Shown here piece by piece: positions 22,276-32,389 of a stretch of DNA of 64,000 nucleotides (its first letter is position 1; each line of letters begins with the position of its first letter). The notes beneath the pieces are model-generated. The model was not told the DNA's origin, made no database searches, and saw nothing but the letters and a program-made list of their open reading frames with translations. The translations under genes and the position numbers were made by a program. Source of the stretch: Escherichia coli (GTDB lineage: Bacteria; Pseudomonadota; Gammaproteobacteria; Enterobacterales; Enterobacteriaceae); assembly GCF_044324785.1 (NCBI RefSeq), contig NZ_CP172127.1, one strand, 5' to 3'.

Positions 22276-23229
22276 GTGATGGCATCACTGTCGATTAATA
22301 CGCTACGCCGAATGAGCATTTGTAAAAGTCAGGCCTGGAAAGATACCCAGCGAATACTGAAGCGTAGTGGACTTGTGTACAGAGGGGAACGGTCAGAATC
22401 GTTTGATCCTGAGAAACATTTTAATCGTTATACGGTGCGTTATCTGTACCTGCTTAACATAATTGCGCTTAAGATAAGGTCGGTTAGTAAATTTTCCTGT
22501 TGGATCGAGGTGGGACAATGCCATCGTATGACTGGTAAACATTTATCTCTTAATGCCCCGCCTTTTATGCTGATTCCGCGTAGTATCCGGAGAAAAGTGG
22601 ATGGATTCAGACAGTCAAAAGGTGAAGCAACCCCAAAATCGGCTCAACCGTTCACGGGCAGTTTGTATGAGGTTTTGAGAAAGGAGAGCGATTCAGCTAA
22701 GCTGGACGCATGGATTGCTGAACTGCCTCTGAACTTGCAGGAGGAGGGAAAGGAAATCTCAGTCATGGGATTTAGTCCACGGGCTGTGGCCCGACCTGTT
22801 CTTCGGTCAGCATCCCCGACGTTTGAACTGTTTTATCAGGAGTATCAATCCCTAAGATTAAAATCTGTTTTTAAATTTGAACCAAGATTTGAACAACTTT
22901 TAACAAGACTGAGCTTTAGAAAACAATCAATTCTCAGAAAACAACAATACAGGGTTAAATCGCAATTACTGGAGAGACTGGGGAATGTGTTGTTTTTCAC
23001 GTCGCTTTATAACCAGGGATGTTTAGAGGAGTTTATAAATGCACTTGTGGAAAAGGAGGACATTTATCTGAAAATGTCCCCTGGGGAGGAAAAGGTGAAA
23101 GCACACCAGAAAATGGTTAACTACATTGAAGCGTTCTGCAACAAAATGACGGAAAAATACCTGATGCCCGCAGCAAGCAGACACTACAAAAAGAAGAAAA
23201 TCGCCAGGAGCGAAAGTGGTGAAAGTTAA
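22276..23229 (+). CDS. Hypothetical protein (317 aa, basic), cargo gene of unknown function
   Basis: Long ORF divergent from the GTPase gene; no recognisable motifs; start codon uncertain. Confidence 0.5.
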   Translation: MMASLSINTLRRMSICKSQAWKDTQRILKRSGLVYRGERSESFDPEKHFNRYTVRYLYLLNIIALKIRSVSKFSCWIEVGQCHRMTGKHLSLNAPPFMLIPRSIRRKVDGFRQSKGEATPKSAQPFTGSLYEVLRKESDSAKLDAWIAELPLNLQEEGKEISVMGFSPRAVARPVLRSASPTFELFYQEYQSLRLKSVFKFEPRFEQLLTRLSFRKQSILRKQQYRVKSQLLERLGNVLFFTSLYNQGCLEEFINALVEKEDIYLKMSPGEEKVKAHQKMVNYIEAFCNKMTEKYLMPAASRHYKKKKIARSESGES

Positions 23230-24101
23230 TCCAGTCTACCGTACAGAATCAGTTGTTCCAGAATAGCCTGCTGTGTTGTTTTCCGCTCTCTGGTCAGTCT
23301 GTCCAGAGCGCTTTTTGCGGATGGCGATATCTTTACGTTGATTTGTACCCGTTTATCTTTTTTTCCATCGATAAACTGTTTTCTGAATGCATTGTGCATC
23401 TTGTCGAAAAATCTTTCTTTTGCAGCGAATCCTAGGTGAAATTCTTTTGGCGTCAGTAAACAGGGTGTGTCTGTGGGGAATAACATTTTTAGTAAAACTA
23501 CAATGGCAATATATCTTTCGTTATCATTTACAGGATTAAACCAGGAAAGATATGTGGGTGAGATACGTGCATCAATATATTCCCATGCCCATTTCAGTTG
23601 TTCGGTATTCTTTTTAAGCCATTTGGCTTCGTTTCTCTTTTCGAGTCCCAGCCAGTTTTGATGCATTATTGAGATAATCCGATCTGCTTCCCCATAAAGG
23701 ATTAACGCATTAATCCATTTCCCTATAACATTCAGTCGTGTTTCATGACTTGAAGGAATAATTGTCATGGGGTTATCCTTCATAACGATCACCCCCTTCA
23801 AGGCAGAGTTGAACTCAGATTCATTATTAAGTTTAAGTTTTTCGGGAACTGTATGAGACATAATTAACCAGAACCAGAATGCTGCAATTTCATTTTTTCT
23901 GATCCATTCAGGTATGTGATTATCTGCCAGATTATTATCATTCAATAAATGCTCAGTTGTTTTATTTTTCCAGTCATATCTATTCACGTTATAACCGCCT
24001 TTATATTGTTTCATCTGATTACGCCTCAATCGTTTTCTTTTCTGGTGATTTTCACCATCACATGTCAGTTGTATATGCAAGGGGATCAATAAAAATATCA
24101 C
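23226..24101 (-). CDS. Hypothetical protein with a C-terminal ribbon-helix-helix-like segment (start probably the internal Met at about 24014)
   Basis: 291-aa ORF; C-terminus KRVQINVKISPSAKSALDRLTRERKTTQQAILEQLILYG resembles CopG/RHH DNA-binding motifs; convergent with and overlapping the previous gene by 4 bp. Confidence 0.5.
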   Translation of the reverse strand: MIFLLIPLHIQLTCDGENHQKRKRLRRNQMKQYKGGYNVNRYDWKNKTTEHLLNDNNLADNHIPEWIRKNEIAAFWFWLIMSHTVPEKLKLNNESEFNSALKGVIVMKDNPMTIIPSSHETRLNVIGKWINALILYGEADRIISIMHQNWLGLEKRNEAKWLKKNTEQLKWAWEYIDARISPTYLSWFNPVNDNERYIAIVVLLKMLFPTDTPCLLTPKEFHLGFAAKERFFDKMHNAFRKQFIDGKKDKRVQINVKISPSAKSALDRLTRERKTTQQAILEQLILYGRLD

Positions 24102-25711
24102 CCTGCAAGCACTTCAAAGCTGATTATGGGGATATTCTAGAACTATTCACAAAACTATTCCAGACATATCAAGAACTATTTCTTGACCTATTCATAATAA
24201 AATAAAACATGCTATCAACTACGGCTCATATTCTCCTTGGGGGTGTCGTTGTACTGTTCGACTGTTCTTGTGGTCAGATTAACAATCTGAAGAGTAAAAG
24301 CGACAGTAATCTGTCTGTTATAGTGGCGATAAAAACACTGAATGCGCATCCTGTATGTGAAATCCTGTCATGTAGAGCAGTAAGCAATGACAGACATGCA
24401 TGTTATATGTGAAGGGGGCCGGGAGACGACATAATCAGTATGGCTGTCATTCTGGTTGTAAAACGCGATCACTTTCCGGGGGTAAAAGATGATATGGAGG
24501 TTGACAAACGGTTTGCTTCGGATTGTCTTTTCTGGGGCCTGAAATACGAGGGCAGAAAAATAATTCCAGAGTAAATCTGCTCTGTTTTTAGGACAGAAAA
24601 CTCCATGCTGGCTGTAAAAGTGAAAAATTAACACCCAGTATGTATGGAAGTCTGAAGATGTTGAGAATGTCGGTATGATACTATATACACATATTTTACT
24701 AAGTATTTTTACTAAGCATTTCAGTAAGTGTTATACACGTATTTTCTACTAAGTGTTTTACCAGACATACACGTGTTTTCATAAACAGCCCTATAAGTGT
24801 TTTCATTAAGCATTGCTGTACACATTGCTTTGTCTGAAACACATCCAGTTTAGTAAATCTTTACGTTAGCTAAAATCAGTTTAAAGCTGCTGTAAAACCT
24901 TTCTGTTTAAGCAATCAATCTGCTATTCGATTTTACTGATGTTGCGTTTAACCTTTTCTGAGATTTCGAGTTTCGACGTTAGCATGAGAAAAGTATCTTT
25001 ACGCTAAATCAACCCGAACTTTCCTGAAGTAATCTGACGTTTTTTTCGATGTGCTTACGACGATTCTGTTAAACGACTTTCTGGATGTTTTGATAACAAT
25101 CAGATTGAGGCATTAACGATTCCTGACGTTTTCTTTTCCGTGTAAGGTCATTCTTTTTGTCATGAGGTTTCTTCTTGCATTGCGAAAGTGTGATGAACGG
25201 TTTTGGTGTTTTTGATTCAGATAAGGTTTACGTTATCGATGGTTAATCGTTTTTATGGTGCGTAGTGAAACGTAACTTTTTCAGGATGAGAAAATCGATT
25301 CTGATGTTGGTGATTTTTGTTCTTGTGGCGGGGTTTATCTGTAAACAGGTTTTAAACGTGTCATTCACATCCGTGATTGAGTTGTGTGATTAAGCTGTAG
25401 GTTTTGGGGTTGTTGTTGATTTGCATTACCAGGAAGCGTTCTGGTTGCGTTTCTGGTGTTTTGTTCGAATGTTCTGTGGATCCTTTTCCCTTCTGACTTT
25501 TCTCGTTGTCCATGTCGTTTTTAAATCCATTCGCTGTTCTTGAGTGTTTTTACCCTGCGTGTAGAATTATCTTTTCGTTCCGGGATGGTTTGTTCCGTTT
25601 CAATCACTCTTAATCAGAGAGTTGTAGCATTGCTCAATGCCGGATGCCGTAAAGTTTTACCGCGGTGATTAATGATGTGAAGTCAATCCAAATCAACGGA
25701 GATCTCTCATC
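24102..25711. other. About 1.6-kb non-coding, AT-rich region with short direct repeats upstream of Gp2-like genes
   Basis: No ORF above 90 aa on either strand; repeated TACTAAG motifs within 24690..24770 and two copies of GTGTTTTCAT. Confidence 0.5.
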
Positions 25712-26443
25712 ATGAATCAACCAATACACAATGCTTACTGGTTATCCCGTTTTGAAAGTATTCTCAACAGTGCCCTGGCGCAGCACCGTGCCGTCTCGTT
25801 AATCCGGGTGGATTTACGTTTCCCTGAGTATATGCCTGCCACCATCATGGATACCGATTTAGATTCAGCGGTGATTTCTCGTTTTTTTGCATCCCTGAAA
25901 GCAAAAATTCAGGCTTACCAGCGACATAAACGACGTGCCAACAAGCGTGTGCGTGCAACCACTCTGCGTTATTTCTGGTGTCGGGAGTTTGGCAAGGAAA
26001 AAGGCAGGAAACATTATCACGTGATATTACTGCTCAACAAAGATACCTGGTGCTCGCCAGGGGATTTCACCGTTCCTTCTTCGCTGGCGACACTGATCAA
26101 GCTGGCATGGTGTAGTGCTCTGCATCTTGAGCCCTGGCAGGGTAATGGACTGGTTCATTTTTCCAGGCGGACGCCTTTCCGTAAACCGACATCATCTGAT
26201 GCTCGCCCTTCTTCCGATGATACGCCTTTGTCGGGTGGATGTTCTGAAACCAGGAAGGCTTCAGACAAAAAGCCGGGTGAAGCCGCTGTTCTCTGGATCA
26301 AGCGTGGTGATGTGGAAGCGCTGCAGAAAGCCCGGAACAGAGCCAGTTATCTCGTGAAATATGAGACGAAGCAGCATGACGGTTCCGGGCAACGTAATTA
26401 TGGTTGCAGTCGTGGGCCGGGGCGTCTGCTGGATGGCAGGTGA
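25712..26443 (+). CDS. Inovirus Gp2-like / YagK-YfjJ family protein (HUH-type)
   Basis: 243 aa; HYHVILLL motif and family-typical N-terminus (AYWLSRFESILNSAL…). Confidence 0.7.
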   Translation: MNQPIHNAYWLSRFESILNSALAQHRAVSLIRVDLRFPEYMPATIMDTDLDSAVISRFFASLKAKIQAYQRHKRRANKRVRATTLRYFWCREFGKEKGRKHYHVILLLNKDTWCSPGDFTVPSSLATLIKLAWCSALHLEPWQGNGLVHFSRRTPFRKPTSSDARPSSDDTPLSGGCSETRKASDKKPGEAAVLWIKRGDVEALQKARNRASYLVKYETKQHDGSGQRNYGCSRGPGRLLDGR

Positions 26444-26769
26444 GCCCTGTAAAACGACATCCGGTGCCTGAGCTTATGCTACAGGACGTTGGCTGACGCC
26501 CTTAGCTCGTTTTCTGAAAAAGTCGTCCTGAAGTCATGCAACGGTATTTTTCTCTGCTTTCGCTCCTGGAAACACTCCGTCGGTAAAACCTTACTGTCCT
26601 GCTTAATGATGTGAACCGAAGTCAACGGAGAGCATTCATTCTGAACCTGCATCCGGTGTTCTGTCCCTTGTCGGTTACCTGATCTTCCCGTTCTGCCGCG
26701 GTTTTTCACTTATTCCATCAACCCCATACGCAAGCCATAACACGTCAGCGCATCCACGGGCAGGACGCG

Positions 26770-27372
26770 TTGTGGGCTGCGTATAACGGAACATATCTTA
26801 TGAATGCTATCCCTTATTTCGACTATAGCATGGCGCCCTTCTGGCCATCTTATCAGAACAAAATCATCGGCGTTCTCAACCGTGTGTTGCGCGAGCAGTC
26901 CTGCTCCCGAATACGGCGGATCCTGCTTCGTCTGCCGGGGGAACATGGCAACATCTTCAGCGACAGAAAAACCTGGTTCGGTATGGCCTTTATCGAAACC
27001 GTCAGTGCGCTGATGAATGCAACCCCCGGACGCGACCTCTGCTGGCTCCTGACACGTCATCCTGAAAAACCGGAATACCACGTGGTGCTGTGCGTCAGAC
27101 AGGAATATTTCGACGGCCCTGAGCTGGACCGGTTGATTCTGGATGCCTGGAGCAACGTACTGGGCTTCGCGTCACCGGGTGAAGCAGCACCGTACCAGAA
27201 ACAGATAACCCGGGATGTGGTGCTGGACAGTTGTTCACCGGACTGCGAAGAGAGACTCAAAGAGCTGATATGGGCGTTCAGTGATTTCGCCCGCGATCGT
27301 CGTGGTGTGCGCGATCCGGAAGCCCGTTACCTCGCCGGTAATCCCTGGTATCCCGTAGCAGGCCAGCTCTGA
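26770..27372 (+). CDS. Second Gp2-like/YagK-family paralogue (putative)
   Basis: 200 aa; EYHVVLCV motif in comparable position. Confidence 0.5.
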   Translation: MWAAYNGTYLMNAIPYFDYSMAPFWPSYQNKIIGVLNRVLREQSCSRIRRILLRLPGEHGNIFSDRKTWFGMAFIETVSALMNATPGRDLCWLLTRHPEKPEYHVVLCVRQEYFDGPELDRLILDAWSNVLGFASPGEAAPYQKQITRDVVLDSCSPDCEERLKELIWAFSDFARDRRGVRDPEARYLAGNPWYPVAGQL

Positions 27373-27440
27373 AAGCTCAGCTCAGCAGATTCACCCGCAT
27401 TTGCCCAACATTCATAAATCTCACAGAGGACATTCTGACC

Positions 27441-27677
27441 ATGTTGACCTCAATGACAGGTCACGACAGCGTATTGCTGCGTGCCGACGATCCCCTGATC
27501 GACATGAACTACATCACCAGCTTCACTGGTATGACCGACAAATGGTTTTACAAGCTGATCAGTGAAGGCCATTTCCCTAAACCCATCAAACTGGGGCGCA
27601 GCAGCCGCTGGTACAAAAGTGAAGTGGAGCAGTGGATGCAGCAACGAATCGAGGCATCACGAGGGGCAGCAGCATGA
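27441..27677 (+). CDS. alpA: AlpA-family phage/island regulatory protein (excisionase-like DNA-binding)
   Basis: 78 aa; …NYITSFTGMTDKWFYKLISEGHFPKPIKLGRSSRWYKSEVEQWM… typical AlpA helix-turn-helix. Confidence 0.8.
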   Translation: MLTSMTGHDSVLLRADDPLIDMNYITSFTGMTDKWFYKLISEGHFPKPIKLGRSSRWYKSEVEQWMQQRIEASRGAAA

Positions 27678-27877
27678 AACGTGTTGTAATGCCGGTACGC
27701 TGGCAATGTGCAAAATACCAGCGTTGGTATTGTGGAAATCAGCCCTGTCCCTGGTGCTGGCGACCTGCTGCCCCCGTCTGTCATTCCTCGTTCTTCGCTG
27801 TAACAGGCATCGTACCGGTCTCGGCGTGCTTTCCTGCGTACCGACACCGGTTCAGCAACATTCAAGGGGATCAAATC

Positions 27878-28426
27878 GTGCAAATAACCGAAACCGTACT
27901 TTCAGAGCCGGTGGAAATCCGGCGTTTTATTCAGCAGGCGGTGGATCACTGGCCGCGTCTGCTGGCCGTCCACTTCACACTCCATTCGGCAGAAGGAAAC
28001 ATCAACGGACAACAGATTCATGCATTCTGTACTTCCTTTTACCGACAGGTGCACGAGCGTATTACTGAACGTAATCACACGGCCAGTCCAGCACCACCGG
28101 TGGTATTACGCTGGTTGCGGGAACAACATGGAGGAGCAACAATGCGATGCCTGTTGCTGCTCAGCCAGACGAGCATTTGCCATCCACGGGTCAGTGCCAC
28201 GGTTGATGAAGAATGTTCGCAACGGGTGGATTTATTGCAACAGACATGGCGGGTGATAAGTGCTGACGGACAATGCCGGGTGGAAAGGTGTTTTCAGGCT
28301 GCCCGGGGTGATACATCCGGCCAGTATATTGCGTTAAAAACAGTTGCATTGTCTCTGGGGTTACCGGTTGTGACCGGTATTACCCATCGCCCGGTACAGC
28401 GCTGTACATTGATTACAGCTCAGTGA
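27878..28426 (+). CDS. Hypothetical protein (182 aa from GTG start with AGGGGA ribosome-binding site)
   Basis: The track ORF 27632..28426 overlaps alpA; a GTG at 27878 preceded by aagggga is a more plausible start. Confidence 0.4.
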   Translation: MQITETVLSEPVEIRRFIQQAVDHWPRLLAVHFTLHSAEGNINGQQIHAFCTSFYRQVHERITERNHTASPAPPVVLRWLREQHGGATMRCLLLLSQTSICHPRVSATVDEECSQRVDLLQQTWRVISADGQCRVERCFQAARGDTSGQYIALKTVALSLGLPVVTGITHRPVQRCTLITAQ

Positions 28427-28443
28427 ACAGCGCTGTTGTGCAG

Positions 28444-28746
28444 TCAACGAGGTTTTCTGTCTTTTCGTCGGTCATTCAGCATCATTAAACGGGTCTCTGC
28501 CTCTTTCTGTTCCTGTGGTGTCACTTCCCCGCACGGCTGACCGTTCAGGTTGTAACGGGCGCCACCTGCTATTAACGCACGGTAATAGCGCGGAGACTGC
28601 ACATAAGACGCCACTGCTGCATGTAATGTACCAGCGCCAAACGCCAGTTCTCGGATGGCGATATCCTGTATCAGGTCGTCAGGTATCCCCACTTTAAGTG
28701 GTTTTGTTTTTTTCCCGGTTGAATGACTCAGGCCAGAGTTCCACAA
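28444..28746 (-). CDS. Hypothetical small protein (100 aa)
   Basis: ORF only; possibly one gene with the upstream ORF 28761..28955 split by a frameshift. Confidence 0.3.
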   Translation of the reverse strand: MWNSGLSHSTGKKTKPLKVGIPDDLIQDIAIRELAFGAGTLHAAVASYVQSPRYYRALIAGGARYNLNGQPCGEVTPQEQKEAETRLMMLNDRRKDRKPR

Positions 28747-29295
28747 GACGAATAATGCGCTTACGGTTTTTGCTCTGGCGTTTTGTCATGTCGCCACGGT
28801 GTTTTATCAGCAGGTTTCTGTTTATCGTTCAACTGTGGTATCTGGTCACCGGCCTTCATTTTGTATGCTGTGTCCGTTTTATTCTGCAGCGGCGTTGCCG
28901 GTGATTTACTGAAAATACCCTGCGGTTTACGGTTAATGGTCAGAGTTACCATCAATTTTGTTACCTCGCGCTGTCAATGGAAGTAGTACCTCATCCGATA
29001 TCTGAAAATGTTTTCCGGTGGATGTTACAGCGAATTTCATGTAAGACATGTTGTTGTCGGTATTGTTCAGTACTGTGCGTTGTGAGCGTATTCGTTATCA
29101 GACAGAGGGGCAGGGAACAAATGGCGTGTGAAGCAATCAGCAGGTAATATTAATGGCAGGACCAGCAGGTTCTTTAAACAAACGAACATGCTGTAATTGA
29201 TATTTTGCTTATTGTATTTTCTTTTTAGTTATTAAATTAATTTATTTACGAAAAATTTTCTGCAGATACAGGATGGGAATTCAGTGGATTTGCCC

Positions 29296-30201
29296 CTATA
29301 TTTCCAGACACCTGTTATCACTTAACCCATTACTGGCCTGCTGCCGCAGATATTCCCGTGGCGAGCGATAACCCAGTGCACTATGCGGATGCCATTCGTT
29401 ATAATGCTCGAACGCCTCTGCAAGGTTCTTTGCTGCCGTTAACCCGTCTGGTTTAGGCATGATACTGATGTAGTCACGCTTTATCGTTTTCACGAAGCTC
29501 TCTGCTATGCCGTTACTCTCCGGACTCCGCACCGCCGTGTTCTTCGGTTCAAGCCCCAACATCCGGGCAAACTGCCGTGTTTCATTAGCCCGGTAGCATG
29601 AACCATTATCCGTCAGCCACTCTACTGGAGACGCCGGAAGCTCGTTGCCGAAGCGGCGTTCCACCGCTCCCAGCATGACGTCCTGTACTGTTTCACTGTT
29701 GAAGCCGCCCGTAGTGACCGCCCAGTGCAGTGCCTCACGGTCACAGCAGTCCAGCGCGAACGTGACTCGCAGTTTTTCTCCGTTATCACAGCGGAACTCG
29801 AACCCGTCAGAGCACCATCGTTGATTGCTTTCTTTCACGGCCACTTTGCCAGTATGTGCCCGTTTCGATGGCGGTACAGCGGTTTTTCGCTCAAGCAACA
29901 GCGCATTCTGGCGCATGATCCGGTAAACACGTTTGGCATTGATCGCAGGCATACCATCAAGTTCGGCCTGTCTGCGAAGCAGCGCCCATACCCGACGATA
30001 ACCATACGTGGGCAGCTCTCCGATAACATGGTGTATACGGAGAAGCACATCCGTATCATCTGAGTGACGGCTGCGGCGACCATCTTTCCAGTCATCGGTT
30101 CGTCTGAGAATTACGTGCAACTGCGCACGCGACACCCGGAGACAACGGCTGACTAAGCTTACTCCCCATCCCCGGGCAATAAGGGCGCGTGCGCTATCCA
30201 C
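29296..30201 (-). CDS. insD: IS2 transposase InsD (orfB)
   Basis: 301 aa with integrase-core motifs; recognised as IS2 InsD. Confidence 0.9.
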
Positions 30202-30524
30202 TTTTTTGCCCGTCCATATTCAACGGCTTCTTTGAGGAGTTCATTTTCCATCGTTTTCTTGCCGAGCAGGCGCTGGAGTTCTTTAATCTGCTTCATGGCG
30301 GCAGCAAGTTCAGAGGCAGGAACAACCTGTTCTCCGGCGGCGACAGCAGTAAGACTTCCTTCCTGGTATTGCTTACGCCAGAGAAATAACTGGCTGGCTG
30401 CTACACCATGTTGCCGGGCAACGAGGGAGACCGTCATCCCCGGTTCAAAGCTCTGCTGAACAATTGCGATCTTTTCCTGTGTGGTACGCCGTCTGCGTTT
30501 CTCCGGTCCTAAGACATCAATCAT
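30159..30524 (-). CDS. insC: IS2 InsC (orfA)
   Basis: 121 aa from [40 protein letters not shown]…; overlaps insD in the usual -1 frameshift arrangement. Confidence 0.9.
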
Positions 30525-30615
30525 CTGCTCTCCAATGACTAGTCTAAAAACTAGTATTAAGACTATCACTTATTTAAGTGATATTGGTTGTCTGGAGATT
30601 CAGGGGGCCAGTCTA

Positions 30616-30940
30616 TTCGGCAGCACTGTTGCCCTGTATCGAACAGGCCAGAGAGGATGTCCGTACCCTGCGTCATCTGCAGCTTCTGCACCAGAACCGG
30701 TGAATATCACTCACCACGCTTCATTACCCTGACGCCAGCCTGAATACGGCTGGCGTTTTCGTTTATAAACCAAAAGGAAAAATGATGATGTCAGATACCA
30801 CACTCTCCCGCCCGGAGGTGGTCAGCGGGCATACGGACGTTATCTATTCCACCTCAGTCTGCCACATTCTGGCTGTACGAAAGAGTACACTGTTGCCAAT
30901 CGACACAATTATCCGGCATCAAGTGAGCGATATCAGTTAA
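30616..30940 (+). pseudogene. Inverted partial duplicate of the module end: 3' fragment of the yeeW-like gene plus truncated 5' part of the DUF4942-like gene
   Basis: 30616..30780 is near-identical to the reverse complement of about 16880..17050; 30782 ATG gives MMMSDTTLSRPEVVSGHTDVIYSTSVCHILAVRKSTLL… then stops at 30938. Confidence 0.7.
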
Positions 30941-31340
30941 CCGATATAGATGGGGAAGATGCTTTTATCCGGATTGGATCTATCGCGATGGTGCGAGTAC
31001 CACTTGATGCAATGGAGCCTGTCGAGGCAGATGACGAGTAACAGAGCTCGGTATCTCAATCAGGACCTGATTGTCCTGGTTCGATGCCGAAAACCAGTGA
31101 TTTTTCGTGTTGGTATCTGTGTTGGTATAGGATGGTGTTGTTTATTATTAACAATTTTAAATCATGAGGTTAAATCGCATGTTTGAGTCAGGCCTTCGCA
31201 TCAATATCAAAACAATCAATAAATAAGTCCTTTAACCTAGCCACGACCAATCATTGATCAACCACGAAATCCTCTCCGAAACACAGTCCCAATCCCTAAA
31301 CCCTACGCTCAACATCGAAACCCGCTTATCACCATCCCCC

Positions 31341-32210
31341 TCATCCCCTGAACACCTCCCGCCGGTGCCACGCCACAAACCCCTCCTGGGGATAGCATTC
31401 TTTCCCCATCGGCAAGGTAATCGGCTTACCATCAAAATCCCAGAACAACCTGCCAACGATGCCTCCGCCGTTCACCGCCGGCGAAACCTGGATGCGCATA
31501 TCCTCATCCAGACCAATGGATCCTTTATCAAAAGCCTTATGGTGAATCGCGCAGAGCGCCAGGCCGTTAGGGATTTCGCAGGGGCCGCCGTGCTGCTTCC
31601 ACTTGATATGGGCCGCTTCCAGGGCGACGGAGGTATTATCATGGCGCATATTGAAGCCGCAGATAGCGCACTCATAGTTATAGGCGCGCAGCACCTGCTG
31701 GCGAAAATGCGGGTCGCGCTCTTTGCGGATCTGCAGCAGATCAAACCCCATCTCTTCAGCCAGTTCTTCCTGAATACTCTCCGGAAAGTGCGCCTCGAGG
31801 ATCTGATGGGCGAGGGTATTGATCAGCTTCTTATTTCTGTTAAGTAACGCAAAATGCTGCTCATCAAAGCCGCCGGCGACGTGGCAGAGCTCCAGCTCTT
31901 TGCCGGGCGGCTGTCGGCTGCCCTGGGTTGAGCACTGTTCGCTGTTGTGTAGCTCCCAGAAGCCGTCGCCTTTCAGGCGCCAGAAGGGCATGTCCGGCCG
32001 GTACTGGCGGCGCTGCGGGCCAAAGCGTTCCAGCAGGCTATGCAGCTCATCACGTATCTCCGAGGCGTAGTCGAACATCCGCGCATGGCCGCGCTGGTAT
32101 TGCGAGAGGACGTACAGCAGCAATAGTGGTTTATGCGGCGCACGCTGTTCGCCTTTGCGCCAGATGGTGATGTTCTCGATCGCGTGTTGCAGGGTCGTGC
32201 TGGAGGGCAT
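31341..32210 (-). CDS. HNH endonuclease-domain protein, putative modification-dependent (type IV-like) restriction nuclease
   Basis: HNH core YECAICGFNMRHDNTSVALEAAHIKWKQHGGPCEIPNGLALCAIHHKAFDKG in the C-terminal half; N-terminal about 180 aa unassigned. Start taken at the second Met (MPSSTT…). Confidence 0.6.
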   Translation of the reverse strand: MPSSTTLQHAIENITIWRKGEQRAPHKPLLLLYVLSQYQRGHARMFDYASEIRDELHSLLERFGPQRRQYRPDMPFWRLKGDGFWELHNSEQCSTQGSRQPPGKELELCHVAGGFDEQHFALLNRNKKLINTLAHQILEAHFPESIQEELAEEMGFDLLQIRKERDPHFRQQVLRAYNYECAICGFNMRHDNTSVALEAAHIKWKQHGGPCEIPNGLALCAIHHKAFDKGSIGLDEDMRIQVSPAVNGGGIVGRLFWDFDGKPITLPMGKECYPQEGFVAWHRREVFRG

Positions 32211-32389
32211 AGCGTTACATTGGCAGCTAAATAAATGCGATGATGCTCGCAAAATCCTTGCCGATCAACCTACCAGATGCGGCGATTCTACGTGGATCGC
32301 GATTTAATTATCACTGCCAGTTATTTGTTCGAAAAGACCATAGCTTTCTATTTATACTCAAGCTTCGCGCCATCAGATAGCTATGTCTT

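Larger units (their letters stand above)
29285..30615 (-). mobile_element. IS2 insertion sequence (1331 bp)
   Basis: Ends TGGATTTGCCCCTATATTTCCAGACA… (29285) and …CAGGGGGCCAGTCTA (30615); flanks TTCAG / TTCGG are imperfect, so no clean 5-bp duplication. Confidence 0.9.

Noticed and set aside
24640-24800. Short direct repeats considered as a possible CRISPR array
   Set aside because: The repeats are 7-10 bp, irregularly spaced and AT-rich, with no 28-37 bp repeat-spacer periodicity and no cas genes nearby.
27632-27877. N-terminal 82 codons of track ORF 27632..28426
   Set aside because: This stretch overlaps alpA in another frame and is Cys/Trp-rich with no ribosome-binding site; the GTG at 27878 with an AGGGGA site is a better start.
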